This document shows positions 54,737 through 63,198 of a stretch of 64,000 bases of DNA, piece by piece (the first letter of the stretch is position 1; the number at the start of each line of letters is the position of its first letter). The position numbers and the translations under genes are program-made. Location: IMG/VR virus record IMGVR_UViG_3300018878_000133, positions 1 to 64,000 of that record; one strand, given 5' to 3'. The DNA comes from a virus. Taxonomy: Duplodnaviria > Heunggongvirae > Uroviricota > Caudoviricetes. The notes under the pieces are model-generated. The model searched no databases and was not told the DNA's origin. It saw only the letters and a list, made by a program, of their open reading frames with translations.

Positions 54737-54762
54737 CGATTAAATTTAAGGGAGTTGTTTTT

Positions 54763-54888
54763 ATGACTAGAGACGCACAGTATTTTGAAAATCGTATTGC
54801 ACTTTTGTCAGGTCGTGATCGAGATAATAACAGCATTATTAAAAAGCTTCAGAGACAGCTTCGTAAAGAGTTAGCGAAAAATAAATAA
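54763..54888 (+). CDS. small basic protein (41 aa)
   Basis: MTRDAQYFENRIALLSGRDRDNNSIIKKLQRQLRKELAKNK; AAGGGAG RBS 8 nt upstream. The 5' part of track ORF 54598..54888 is actually tRNA-Ser. Confidence 0.35.
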   Translation: MTRDAQYFENRIALLSGRDRDNNSIIKKLQRQLRKELAKNK

Positions 54889-54904
54889 TTTAGTTTATTT
54901 TATT

Positions 54905-54916
54905 AGCTAAATTATA
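54905..54916 (+). promoter_or_regulatory. AGCTAAATTATA (one-mismatch copy of the TGCTAAATTATA motif)
   Basis: 11/12 identity to the late-gene motif; ~70 nt upstream of tRNA-Asn. Confidence 0.3.
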
Positions 54917-54986
54917 TTGCAGCATAAAACAATGTCAATGAAGTTTTAGACAACCGGTGCTTGCACTGCTTGTATTTTTGTAATTG

Positions 54987-55062
54987 ATTTTATATTCCTC
55001 GTTAGTCCAGTAGGTAGAACGGCGGACTGTTAATCCGTATGTCGGTGGTTCGAGTCCACCAC
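54987..55062 (+). tRNA. tRNA-Asn (anticodon GTT)
   Basis: TCCTCGT-TA-GTCC-AGTAGGTA-GAAC-G-GCGGA-CTGTTAA-TCCGT-ATGTC-GGTGG-TTCGAGT-CCACC-ACGAGGA-G-CCA. Confidence 0.85.
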
Positions 55063-55630
55063 GAGGAGCCAGGTGGGTTTCGTAGAGTTACCGTTGAATA
55101 ACTATGTGCTTGTCGTTTTAAGAAACGAGTGGGTATAAAGCCCCACAAATATCAAATAGTAAGGGCACATGCGAGCTATGAAACCAGAAGTTAAGTAGTG
55201 AAGGAAGCATGGGTGTGGCTGGTTACCGCTTTATCAAAAATCATAGTGTTAACTATGTGAGGTAAAGATGTCTATGTGGTGATATCTACTGTGAACTGTT
55301 GTGCGAGTTCACCTATTTGATAGGGCTGGTTGAAAGACCCTGGTCCATCGAGTAAGGGAACATATCCCTTAACAAAATCCTTAATGGTCATTGTGCTGAC
55401 AATGTGGTAATCTGAAACATAGAATTTTGGTGTAAAGACTAAAATGTTTGGGCAAACGATAAATGCTCCCAAATTTGCTTATTAAGGAATAAGATAGTTG
55501 GCAGACAACGATAAAATCAGTTATAGCCTGTACCCTTGAGAAACTCGTATCAGGTAATTTATATTACTGTGGATAAGCAGGCAAGTAGTGAAATAAAAGG
55601 GTAAGAGAATAAACTACATTATAAAATATA
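55063..55630 (+). ncRNA. ORF-free GC-elevated segment (candidate structured RNA)
   Basis: ~570 nt between tRNA-Asn and tRNA-Met-like. No plus-strand ORF >=60 aa; only a 66-aa minus-strand ORF of doubtful reality. Many G/C-rich local hairpins (e.g. GGGTATAAAGCCCCAC). Confidence 0.3.
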
Positions 55631-55631
55631 T

Positions 55632-55706
55632 CGCGGGGTAGAGCAGAGGTAGCTCACTGTCCTCATAAGTCAGGTGTCGAAGGTTCGAATCCTTCCCCCG
55701 CCTCCA
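55632..55706 (+). tRNA. tRNA-Met-like (anticodon CAT) with C1xC72 and one anticodon-stem mismatch
   Basis: CGCGGGG-TA-GAGC-AGAGGTA-GCTC-A-CTGTC-CTCATAA-GTCAG-GTGTC-GAAGG-TTCGAAT-CCTTC-CCCCGCC-T-CCA. Confidence 0.6.
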
Positions 55707-55850
55707 AAGGTTCGCTTGTACCTTGCCAACACAAGTACGCACGGCTCAGCGGTAAATGAGCGTAACGGCAGTTCGCAGGAAGTTATGCGAACTAAGCGTT
55801 GGTACTACAGCAATGTGATACAAAGCATCGGCAATGCACTGTAGCTATAT

Positions 55851-55936
55851 GGCAAATTGGTGTAAGGTAGCATAAGACAGAATGCCCTATCAACGGGATT
55901 GGATTGTCAGGAACTAGTTCGAGTCTAGTATTTGTC
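55851..55936 (+). tRNA. tRNA-like gene with ~16-nt insertion in the anticodon loop
   Basis: Acceptor GGCAAAT/ATTTGTC (no CCA), T-arm ACTAG-TTCGAGT-CTAGT; anticodon stem GACAG/TTGTC encloses a 23-nt loop containing the mini-hairpin GCCC-TATCAAC-GGG. Confidence 0.4.
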
Positions 55937-56168
55937 TTTTAAGCTTCTTTGTTATAGCATTAATGCGCATTATCTATGCAATCCAAGGCTACGGTAATCG
56001 ACCTATAACAGAAGACAAATTGATGCATCAATCGTTTCACCAAGGTGTGAGCGGGTCAACATTCCAAGAGTAAGAACTTTGGTTGAGGAATGAGAGGTTT
56101 AATATAGATAGGATGAACAGTTAGCAACGCTTGAGGTAACCTTAAAAAACTCAGCCATGCTACCATAT

Positions 56169-56313
56169 GGCTCCGTAGTTCAGATGGTTAGAACGCCTGC
56201 CTGTGCTTTATTAGTTTAATAGTAAAACACTCTTATAAAGAGATGCTAGTGCAAGACTAGTATAAGGCTCCACACGCAGGAGGTCGTCGGTTCGATCCCG
56301 ATCGGAGTCGCCA
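56169..56313 (+). tRNA. tRNA (anticodon-loop remnants CTGTG..AC or CT..CACAC: His/Val-like) interrupted by a 68-nt tRNA-shaped insertion
   Basis: Outer gene GGCTCCG-TA-GTTC-AGATGGTTA-GAAC-G-CCTGC-[75-nt loop]-GCAGG-AGGTC-GTCGG-TTCGATC-CCGAT-CGGAGTC-G-CCA. Insert carries acceptor-like CTTTAT/ATAAGG, D-arm-like GTTT-AATAGTA-AAAC and T-arm-like CTAGT-GCAAG-ACTAG. Confidence 0.5.
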
Positions 56314-56522
56314 AAGGTCTACTGTTAGGTATTTTCATACGACCTTATACAAATAAACATTTAGAAAATATGCGGGAGCTTAGAGGTACGGTAGACTTAT
56401 CTACGAAGCGTTTTGACCCGGTTAAAACTCGAAACGAATCGTGTTTATAAGAAGCAATCATGAGCTCTTTTTAATCATGGTGTAGGCGAGGGTTGAGACC
56501 TGCATAACAGTCCCTCTTATAT

Positions 56523-56595
56523 GCTGGTTTAGCTCAGTTGGTAGAGCAGCTCACTTGTAATGAGCAGGTCGGGGGTTCAAGTCCGTCAACCAGCT
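56523..56595 (+). tRNA. tRNA-Thr (anticodon TGT), no encoded CCA
   Basis: GCTGGTT-TA-GCTC-AGTTGGTA-GAGC-A-GCTCA-CTTGTAA-TGAGC-AGGTC-GGGGG-TTCAAGT-CCGTC-AACCAGC-T. Confidence 0.7.
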
Positions 56596-56665
56596 GACTC
56601 ACAATGGACATACCTTCACGTGGTGTGAGTTGTTAATTAAACTGAATTGTCCAATAAATAAGTAA

Positions 56666-56705
56666 CCTAGTTAGTAATGCAGCTGCTACTAAGTTACTAA
56701 CTAGG
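56666..56705 (+). promoter_or_regulatory. large imperfect palindrome overlapping RBS/start region of the GIY-YIG gene
   Basis: CCTAGTTAGTAA-tGCAGCTGCtactaag-TTACTAACTAGG; 12-bp perfect arms around the palindromic GCAGCTGC core. Confidence 0.5.
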
Positions 56706-56713
56706 TGATTCTT

Positions 56714-57385
56714 ATGGCTTATATTTATAAAATTACAAATAATCTTAATGGCAAGGCTTACATAGGTCAAACACTTTATTCATTAGAAAAAAGGTTTGCA
56801 GAGCATTTAAAAGACAGCGCTAGAACTGGTCACAGTAAAAGACCTCTGTACAAAGCTATGTTAAAGTATGGTTATTCAGCTTTTACTATAGAAGTTGTTG
56901 AAGAACTAGCTGATGATCCAGAGCTTTTAAATGACCGAGAAATTTATTGGATTACGAAATTTCATACTTTTTGTAAAGATCCGCTTGGTCCTGGTTATAA
57001 CGCTACTTTGGGTGGCGGAAGCAAGATGCTTTATGATAGACGCGCGATTATTCAGTATTTACGTAATAATAATTGTGTTAAGGATGCTGCAGAAGTTTTT
57101 AAGTGCACAAAAGACACAATTATCGATATTGCTAAAGCTGCTAATATTCAAGTTAAGTCTAGCCCGGATTTAGTAAAAGAGCTTTATAGTAAACCAATAA
57201 ATATTTATGATTTAAAAAATAATTTAATTCATAGTGTTACTAATTCTTATGAAGCTGAGCAGTGGATTCGAGATAGTGGTATTTCTGATGCTAAAGGCGG
57301 CGCAATTAGAGCTCACATTCTAGAGGTTTGCAAAGGTAAACGAAAAACTGCTTATGGCTTTATATGGAGATACTTGAAAGATTAA
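56714..57385 (+). CDS. GIY-YIG homing endonuclease (free-standing, seg-like)
   Basis: 'YIYKITNNLNGKAYIGQT...RFAEH' GIY-YIG catalytic motif at the N-terminus and a basic C-terminal DNA-binding region. Track ORF starts at GTG 56705; the ATG at 56714 is preferred. Confidence 0.8.
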   Translation: MAYIYKITNNLNGKAYIGQTLYSLEKRFAEHLKDSARTGHSKRPLYKAMLKYGYSAFTIEVVEELADDPELLNDREIYWITKFHTFCKDPLGPGYNATLGGGSKMLYDRRAIIQYLRNNNCVKDAAEVFKCTKDTIIDIAKAANIQVKSSPDLVKELYSKPINIYDLKNNLIHSVTNSYEAEQWIRDSGISDAKGGAIRAHILEVCKGKRKTAYGFIWRYLKD

Positions 57386-57444
57386 TTTGTTGAATATGAC
57401 TGGCGTTAATGCTTAGGTAGCGAGGCGAAAAGTGATAGCTAAAG

Positions 57445-57497
57445 AACTTGCGGTGTACAGTTTCCTAACCGGCCGAGTCAGTCATATTTATATATGC
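57445..57497 (+). ncRNA. tRNA minihelix-like element (acceptor stem + T-arm only)
   Basis: TGCCCGT-tatggcgttga-GTGGG-TTCGAAT-CCTAC-CGCGGGCA-CC. Confidence 0.3.
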
Positions 57498-57613
57498 CCG
57501 TTATGGCGTTGAGTGGGTTCGAATCCTACCGCGGGCACCGAGTGCTGTTAACAAGCACAAAGATTTGCAAATGTGTTTTAGTTCTGGACGTAATTAACCC
57601 AGGGCTAAGATAT

Positions 57614-57689
57614 GGGCCCATAGCTCAATTGGGAGAGCACTAGTCCTGCAAACTAGAGGTCGCGAGTTCGACCCTCGCTGGGTCCACCA
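57614..57689 (+). tRNA. tRNA-Ala (anticodon TGC)
   Basis: GGGCCCA-TA-GCTC-AATTGGGA-GAGC-A-CTAGT-CCTGCAA-ACTAG-AGGTC-GCGAG-TTCGACC-CTCGC-TGGGTCC-A-CCA. Confidence 0.85.
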
Positions 57690-57738
57690 AAAGGTTTTTA
57701 AATATTTTTTAAAATTAAATTAAAATTTTAAAAAACAT

Positions 57739-57750
57739 ATTGTATAATAT
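57739..57750 (+). promoter_or_regulatory. extended -10 promoter TTGTATAATATA
   Basis: TGn-TATAAT consensus; starts an ORF-free unit that ends at the 58451 terminator. Confidence 0.5.
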
Positions 57751-58450
57751 AATATCAACAATTTGTACCTTGAAAGATAAATATAATTACTAACTCAGTG
57801 CTAAACACAAGACACGCTTCTTGTGCTGAGAATGCAACTAAGCGAAAGCTGAACAATGTGTGATGGTAACATAAGAGGGATACCTCGGAAACCGCGCTAC
57901 TTATATATGCGAGTATATGAGTTAAGGGTAGGACCCGAAACATATGTTGTATGTGCTGATGTTATAGCAAGTAATGGTAGGAAGAGTCTCGTGAGAGTAA
58001 TAGAAAGCTTGGTTAATAGCTGAGCCGAATCCAAGTTAGGGTTTAGTTGGTGACTGTATTACACCTTGGAAATGCCAATAATCTCATTTGTCGTGAACCA
58101 TAGAAATGTGGGTATAAGAGATTCAAGTAACCTCCTAGTAGCCGAAGACAATTAACAAAGAATTAATGCTAGTATATAATTAGGAATACTGATATTAATT
58201 TTTTCTGAATAGACGGTGAGGGGTGCAGGTAATCAATCCTGTCATAGTTTATGTAGTCCAGGGCTTGGCCGTTAACCAAGTACCCAGATTTCGTGGCAAG
58301 AAGTTAGGGGTCGCTCCCCGAAGCTCAGACTTGTCATCTATGTGACCGAATGTACTTGAATATAACAAGTGGTAAGGCGAAGGCCTAGGAATGTATTATA
58401 TTTATCTTTGAATGTATAAGGTGTACCTCCTTTGTTTATTTTGCAAGGAT
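57751..58450 (+). ncRNA. candidate long non-coding RNA (promoter-to-terminator unit without ORF)
   Basis: ~700 nt, GC noticeably higher than flanking DNA, bounded by the TTGTATAAT promoter and a strong intrinsic terminator. No plus-strand ORF >=60 aa. Confidence 0.35.
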
Positions 58451-58492
58451 TTTTTTTAAGAAAGTTACTTAGATATAAGTAACTTTCTTTTT
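58451..58492 (+). terminator. rho-independent terminator
   Basis: AAGAAAGTTACTTA-gata-TAAGTAACTTTCTT perfect 14-bp hairpin followed by T8. Confidence 0.8.
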
Positions 58493-58579
58493 TTTATTGT
58501 ATGATATTATAGTAAAAGTTTATGATCAAGTAATGATGAATTGGAATATCTTTATCGATTATGTATGGGAGAATTTAAA

Positions 58580-59131
58580 ATGAAAAAACCATTAGTTGTT
58601 AATTTAACAGGAGCTCCAGGTGCTGGAAAAAGCACTGGTGCAGCAACTATTTTTGCAGAGCTTAAAAAAGCTGGTGTTAATGCAGAACTTGTAACAGAAT
58701 TTGCTAAAGATAAGACCTGGGAGCATAATATTATGGCTCTAGGTTGTCAAGAATATGTGTTTGGTAAACAGTCTTATAGATTACGTAGATGCCGAGATGA
58801 TGTCGATGTGATTGTGACTGATAGCCCGCTTCCTCTTAGTATTATTTATAATACTAATCCTGCAATAACTGAGTCTTATCCAAGGTTAGTCATGGATGTT
58901 TATAATACATATGAAAATATTAATTTCTTTATTAACAGAGTTAAACCTTACAACCCTAAAGGCCGAAATCAGACAGAAGAAGAAAGTGATCGTATAAGTG
59001 TCCGCATTAAAGATTTATATAAAGGTCTTGGTATTGATTATTTTGAAATTAACGGCGATAATGAAGGTTATGACTATGCAGTTAAGACTGTATTAAGCAT
59101 ACTAGCAGGAGGTATAAAATATGAGTACTAA
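58580..59131 (+). CDS. P-loop NTPase (NadR/AAA_28-like kinase fold)
   Basis: Walker A 'LTGAPGAGKSTGAA'; Walker-B-like 'VDVIVTDSPL'; RBS GGGAGAA 7 nt upstream of the ATG at 58580. The track ORF begins earlier at 58541. Confidence 0.55.
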   Translation: MKKPLVVNLTGAPGAGKSTGAATIFAELKKAGVNAELVTEFAKDKTWEHNIMALGCQEYVFGKQSYRLRRCRDDVDVIVTDSPLPLSIIYNTNPAITESYPRLVMDVYNTYENINFFINRVKPYNPKGRNQTEEESDRISVRIKDLYKGLGIDYFEINGDNEGYDYAVKTVLSILAGGIKYEY

Positions 59132-59975
59132 AGATGCACTTGGTGATAGAATGAAAGAATTCTATGAAAATAGGAGTAAACATTATCTACCTAGACGAGT
59201 TCCTGTAATCATTAGACTTGACGGCAAAGCTTTCCACACCTTCACTAAAGGTCTTAAGAGGCCTTATGACGAGATTTTCCACAATACTATGAATGCGACT
59301 ATGAAGTATCTCTGTGAGAATATCCAGGGTTGTAAGCTTGGTTATACACAGTCAGACGAAATCACTCTTCTTCTCACAGACTATGACACTCTTGATACCG
59401 ATGCTTGGTTTGGTTATAATGTGCAGAAAATGTGCAGCGTGTCAGCAAGCATGGCAACAATGGTTTTCAATAAGTATCTTAGAGAATTAATTGATAATTA
59501 TTTACAGTCTGATGTATGGGTAAACCATTATTGGGAAGAAGATGTTGAGAAATATGCTAATACATTAAAGAAGGCTATTGACAATGGTGCAATGTTTGAT
59601 TCTCGCTGTTTTAACATTCCTAAAGAAGAAGTTACCAACTGCTTCATCTGGCGTCAGCAGGATGCTACTCGCAACGCAATTCAGATGCTTGGTCAGTGCA
59701 ACTTCTCTCATAAGGAACTACACGGTAAGTCTTGCAATGACATTCAAGATATGTTAATGACTCAGAGAGGTATCAATTTTAATGATATGCCTACTGAGTT
59801 TAAACGTGGTGTCTGCTGTAATCGTGTAGAAAAAGAAGATATTTGTATTGATTTTAAAACAAAAGAAGAGACTCGCTGTATGAGAAGTGAATGGGTAATC
59901 GATAAAGAAATTCCCATTTTTACTCAAGATAGATACTACATTGAACGGTGGGTTTACTCAGAAGGAGATAAATAA
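59121..59975 (+). CDS. Thg1-like protein (tRNA-His guanylyltransferase / 3'-5' nucleotidyltransferase family)
   Basis: 'VPVIIRLDGKAFHTFTKGL..PYDE.F...M' and 'GYTQSDEITLLL' match the Thg1 palm-domain signatures (V.RIDG..FH.F...F.KP.D; GESDEYSF). Confidence 0.7.
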   Translation: MSTKDALGDRMKEFYENRSKHYLPRRVPVIIRLDGKAFHTFTKGLKRPYDEIFHNTMNATMKYLCENIQGCKLGYTQSDEITLLLTDYDTLDTDAWFGYNVQKMCSVSASMATMVFNKYLRELIDNYLQSDVWVNHYWEEDVEKYANTLKKAIDNGAMFDSRCFNIPKEEVTNCFIWRQQDATRNAIQMLGQCNFSHKELHGKSCNDIQDMLMTQRGINFNDMPTEFKRGVCCNRVEKEDICIDFKTKEETRCMRSEWVIDKEIPIFTQDRYYIERWVYSEGDK

Positions 59976-60767
59976 ATGCCTAAGCTTTTTGTTGTTTCTG
60001 ATATTCACAGTTTCTTAGAACCACTTAAAAATGCTTTAGACAGAGCAGGTTTTGACCCTAATAACGAAGAACACTGGCTGATTTCGTGCGGCGATTGCTT
60101 TGATAGGGGTCCTAATAGTATTGAATTGTTGCACTATTTAATGTCGCTTGAGCGAAAGATTCTAGTAAAAGGTAATCATGACCTACTTTTTGACGATCTT
60201 TGCGCAAGATGTTTTCCATATAGCCACGATAAGTCTAATGGCACTGTAAGAACTGTTCAAGACCTCGGTGGAAGTCCTCTTCCGGCGGATTTTGCTAAGT
60301 GCTGTGATACAGCTTTGAATAAAACGGCAGCGTATCGCGACCTACTTGTAAACTATTTTGAAACTGAAAAGTATATTTTTGTTCATAGTTGGATTCCTAC
60401 TATTACTCATTATGATAAAGGTGCTAGTAAGCCTTGGCACCAGGTTGGAAAATACTACGAATACAATGAGAACTGGCGTAATGCTTCCGAGGTAGAGTGG
60501 GAAGAAGCTATGTGGGGTAATCCTTTCTGGAAAGCACAAGACGGTATGAACAAAACCGGTAAGACAATCGTATTCGGACATTGGCATTGTTCTTTAGGTC
60601 ATTTATGCGATAGTCAAGGTGAGCTATCAGAGTTTGGTGATGATGCCAAGTGGGATCCGTACTTTAACGAATCTCAAGGAATCATCGGCATTGATCGCTG
60701 TACTGCACATACTGGTGAAGTTAACGTACTAGTTTTAGATGATAATTTTATTGGAGGCGATAATTAA
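59976..60767 (+). CDS. calcineurin-like metallophosphoesterase
   Basis: 'VVSDIHS', 'CGDCFDRGPNS', 'VKGNHDLLF', 'GHWH' match MPP motifs I-V (DxH, GDxxDRG, GNHD/E, GH). Confidence 0.75.
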   Translation: MPKLFVVSDIHSFLEPLKNALDRAGFDPNNEEHWLISCGDCFDRGPNSIELLHYLMSLERKILVKGNHDLLFDDLCARCFPYSHDKSNGTVRTVQDLGGSPLPADFAKCCDTALNKTAAYRDLLVNYFETEKYIFVHSWIPTITHYDKGASKPWHQVGKYYEYNENWRNASEVEWEEAMWGNPFWKAQDGMNKTGKTIVFGHWHCSLGHLCDSQGELSEFGDDAKWDPYFNESQGIIGIDRCTAHTGEVNVLVLDDNFIGGDN

Positions 60768-61101
60768 CATGGTTGCTTTTAGTAAAGAAGTTTTTATCGA
60801 GACTTTAAATAAGATTAAAGACGGCTATAAACGCCGTTCAAAGTTTGAAAAAGCTGTAACTGAAGTTTGTGATTCGTTTTTTATTTGTAATGTAGGGCAG
60901 GAGTGGCTAGACCAGCTAATAAAAGTTCTTGAGTTCGGCATGAATGATTTGCCTAATAGAAAATATGGTTCAGTAATTAGTTGGTGGCTTTGGGAAAATG
61001 TTGATAAGAAGATCTGGTGTGAAGCTGATGGAGTAAAATATGAAAAAGACCTCACTACTCCTGAAGCTTTATACGATTATTTAGTAGAAAAAGCTGGTTA
61101 A
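60739..61101 (+). CDS. hypothetical protein
   Basis: 120-aa ORF overlapping the upstream gene's end; followed by a terminator. Confidence 0.4.
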   Translation: MIILLEAIINMVAFSKEVFIETLNKIKDGYKRRSKFEKAVTEVCDSFFICNVGQEWLDQLIKVLEFGMNDLPNRKYGSVISWWLWENVDKKIWCEADGVKYEKDLTTPEALYDYLVEKAG

Positions 61102-61127
61102 TTTTTATAACCAGCTTTATTTTTTCA
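61092..61127 (+). terminator. rho-independent terminator
   Basis: AGCTGGTTA-atttt-TATAACCAGCT followed by TTATTTTTT. Confidence 0.7.
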
Positions 61128-61174
61128 TTCTTTATAGTGTATTATATTATAGAATAACTTATTGAGGTGTTAGT

Positions 61175-61615
61175 ATGGCAAACAAATATGCTTGGTCGCG
61201 AAGAAGTGACGATGAAATTTGGCGGGGTGGACCGTGTGACTCGATACGAGAGTGTGTAGAGGAAGCTCAATGGGAAGAATATAAGTTAGAAGATACTTTC
61301 GCTCTTGGTCTTATTGAAAACTATGAGGTCAATTATGACTTTGCTCAAGATATTGTCGAAAGACTTTGTGAAGATGCTTGGGATGAAGTCGGTGAAGCTT
61401 CTGACGGTTGGCTTGACAGCGCTAAAAGAGAACAGTTAGATCTTTTAAATGAACGAATCGCACCTATTGTTAAAGAATGGCTGAAAGAGATAGGAGAACA
61501 GCCTAGCTTTTATAAGGTGTTGCCTTTTGAAGAGTGTACTCTCAAGGAAGCCTTAGATATTCATAATGAAAAAGTAGCAAACATGTCAAGAGGCGGCAAA
61601 ATAGAAAATCAATAA
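61175..61615 (+). CDS. hypothetical acidic protein
   Basis: 146-aa ORF with RBS GAGGTG. Confidence 0.45.
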   Translation: MANKYAWSRRSDDEIWRGGPCDSIRECVEEAQWEEYKLEDTFALGLIENYEVNYDFAQDIVERLCEDAWDEVGEASDGWLDSAKREQLDLLNERIAPIVKEWLKEIGEQPSFYKVLPFEECTLKEALDIHNEKVANMSRGGKIENQ

Positions 61616-61656
61616 TACATAATAAAATAAATTAAATATAAGGAAGGTATTTAAAA

Positions 61657-61932
61657 ATGTTTATTCTTAGTGGTGGTAAAGGTATTGGTAAAACTAAAAC
61701 TTTGATTGAGCGAGTAAAAGCTGAAGATGGTATTCTTATTTGTGAGGATACGACTGCTATGCGAGAGCGTGCATATGGTTATGGTATTACTGGACTTAAT
61801 TTAATGTCTTATGACGAATTGTATGCGTGCCCGATTGAGAGCTATGATAAACCTATTTACATTCATGATATTAATAAGTTTATTAAATGTGGTTTCCATG
61901 AAGTTAAAGGATATAGTGTTTGTAATGAATAA
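61657..61932 (+). CDS. small protein with Walker-A-like 'SGGKGIGKT'
   Basis: 91-aa ORF; RBS AAGGAAGG. Confidence 0.4.
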   Translation: MFILSGGKGIGKTKTLIERVKAEDGILICEDTTAMRERAYGYGITGLNLMSYDELYACPIESYDKPIYIHDINKFIKCGFHEVKGYSVCNE

Positions 61933-62155
61933 TAAAAATTATTTATATGCAGTGCGTGATGCTTCGACAGGTAAGCTCGTAAGAGATATTACCAACCCTG
62001 GACATAAGTTTTGGGAAAAGCGTGGAAATTGCCAGAAAGCAATTGATGAGTATAATGATAAATTATCTGGTAATGGTTCTATGCGTTATTTTAGAACTAA
62101 ATACGAAGGCCCATTGGAGCTTGTTACTTTTGAGCTTGTTGAAGTAAAAGAATAA
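61925..62155 (+). CDS. hypothetical protein (start ATG 61925 preferred over overlapping 61811 start)
   Basis: Track ORF 61811..62155 overlaps the previous gene. The internal ATG ('MNNKNYLYAV...') abuts the upstream stop (TAATGAATAA). Confidence 0.4.
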   Translation: MNNKNYLYAVRDASTGKLVRDITNPGHKFWEKRGNCQKAIDEYNDKLSGNGSMRYFRTKYEGPLELVTFELVEVKE

Positions 62156-62164
62156 TGGTTTTAA

Positions 62165-62202
62165 AGAAAGTTGGTTAATTATGCCAACTTTCTTTTTATT
62201 TT
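62165..62202 (+). terminator. rho-independent terminator
   Basis: AAAGTTGGTTAATTATGCCAACTTT hairpin followed by CTTTTTATTTT. Confidence 0.7.
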
Positions 62203-62245
62203 GTTGTATTATATATTATTGATATAAAAATTGGAGGACTTTATT

Positions 62246-62410
62246 ATGAAAAAGGAAGCATCTATTGATAGAAGAATGTTTAAAAAATCACCTGAAGAAC
62301 TTGAACTCTACATGTATTTCAAAAAACGTGGCTTCAAGCTTGAGAACAAAAAGGGAAAGGGCTCTTATGAGCGCCGTCCTAAGCATATTTGGAGGTTTTT
62401 AAATGACTGA
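62246..62410 (+). CDS. small basic protein (54 aa), translationally coupled to downstream NTase
   Basis: RBS TTGGAGG 7 nt upstream; stop TGA overlaps the next ATG (ATGACTGA). Confidence 0.4.
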   Translation: MKKEASIDRRMFKKSPEELELYMYFKKRGFKLENKKGKGSYERRPKHIWRFLND

Positions 62411-63197
62411 AAGAGAACTTAAGATTTGTGAAAGACTAAAGCACGATTATAATTATGTGAAAAATCAAGGATATGAAGTTTTTGGCATATTTTTGCAAGG
62501 CTCACAGAATTATCAGTTGGATTATGAAGGCAGTGATATCGATACAAAGTGCATTGTTCTGCCTTCCGCTGAAGACCTTATTTTAAATAAGCAGCCTACA
62601 AGTACTACTCTTATATTAGAAGACAATTCACACATTGATTTAAAAGATATTAGACTTATGTGGCAATGTTTTAAGAAGCAGAACGTAAACTACCTTGAGA
62701 TTTTATTTACTGAGTTCTTTTACGTACCGCGCGACTACTTTTATTTTTGGCTCGAGATGCTTAGAATTAATGAGGATATCGCACACATTGATAATTATGC
62801 TGCTGTAAATTGTATCGTCGGTATGATCTTAGAGAAGAACGCTGCTTTGTGTCATCCTTATCCTACGTTAAAAGACAAGATTGATAAGTATGGATATGAT
62901 AATAAACAGCTTCACCATATTATTAGATGTAGAGAATTTCTTGACAGATACATTGATGGTGTATTATACAAAGATTGTCTAATTCCATACGACCGTGAAT
63001 ACTTAATTAGTGTAAAAGCTAATTATAGATATGATTTAGATCAAGCAAAAGCTATTGCAAAAGAAGCTGTTGACTATGCTAAAGCTAGAAAGCAGGCTTA
63101 TATAGATACTAATGAACGTAAGGTAGCTGAAGATACTTGTAACAGAATGGACTGTATTTTAGTAGATATCCTAACTAAATACTGGACGGAGAATTAA
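62403..63197 (+). CDS. Pol-beta-superfamily nucleotidyltransferase with helical C-terminal domain
   Basis: 'FGIFLQGSQNYQLDYEGSDIDTKCIV' matches the GS-x(9-13)-[DE]h[DE]h NTase active-site signature. Confidence 0.6.
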   Translation: MTERELKICERLKHDYNYVKNQGYEVFGIFLQGSQNYQLDYEGSDIDTKCIVLPSAEDLILNKQPTSTTLILEDNSHIDLKDIRLMWQCFKKQNVNYLEILFTEFFYVPRDYFYFWLEMLRINEDIAHIDNYAAVNCIVGMILEKNAALCHPYPTLKDKIDKYGYDNKQLHHIIRCREFLDRYIDGVLYKDCLIPYDREYLISVKANYRYDLDQAKAIAKEAVDYAKARKQAYIDTNERKVAEDTCNRMDCILVDILTKYWTEN

Positions 63198-63198
63198 T

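Noticed and set aside
54598-54888. 96-aa ORF 'MKVYRIYQIGEKPF...'.
   Set aside because: Its first 46 codons are tRNA-Ser(TGA). Only the distal 41 codons, which have their own RBS, were kept as a possible small CDS.
47352-58540. Looked for tmRNA, RNase P RNA and rRNA signatures in the ORF-free stretches.
   Set aside because: No tmRNA tag-reading-frame/T-arm-CCA combination and no RNase P P4 consensus (AGGAAAGTCCGGGCTCC / ACAGAACCCGGCTTA) was seen by eye. A negative call cannot be made without covariance models.
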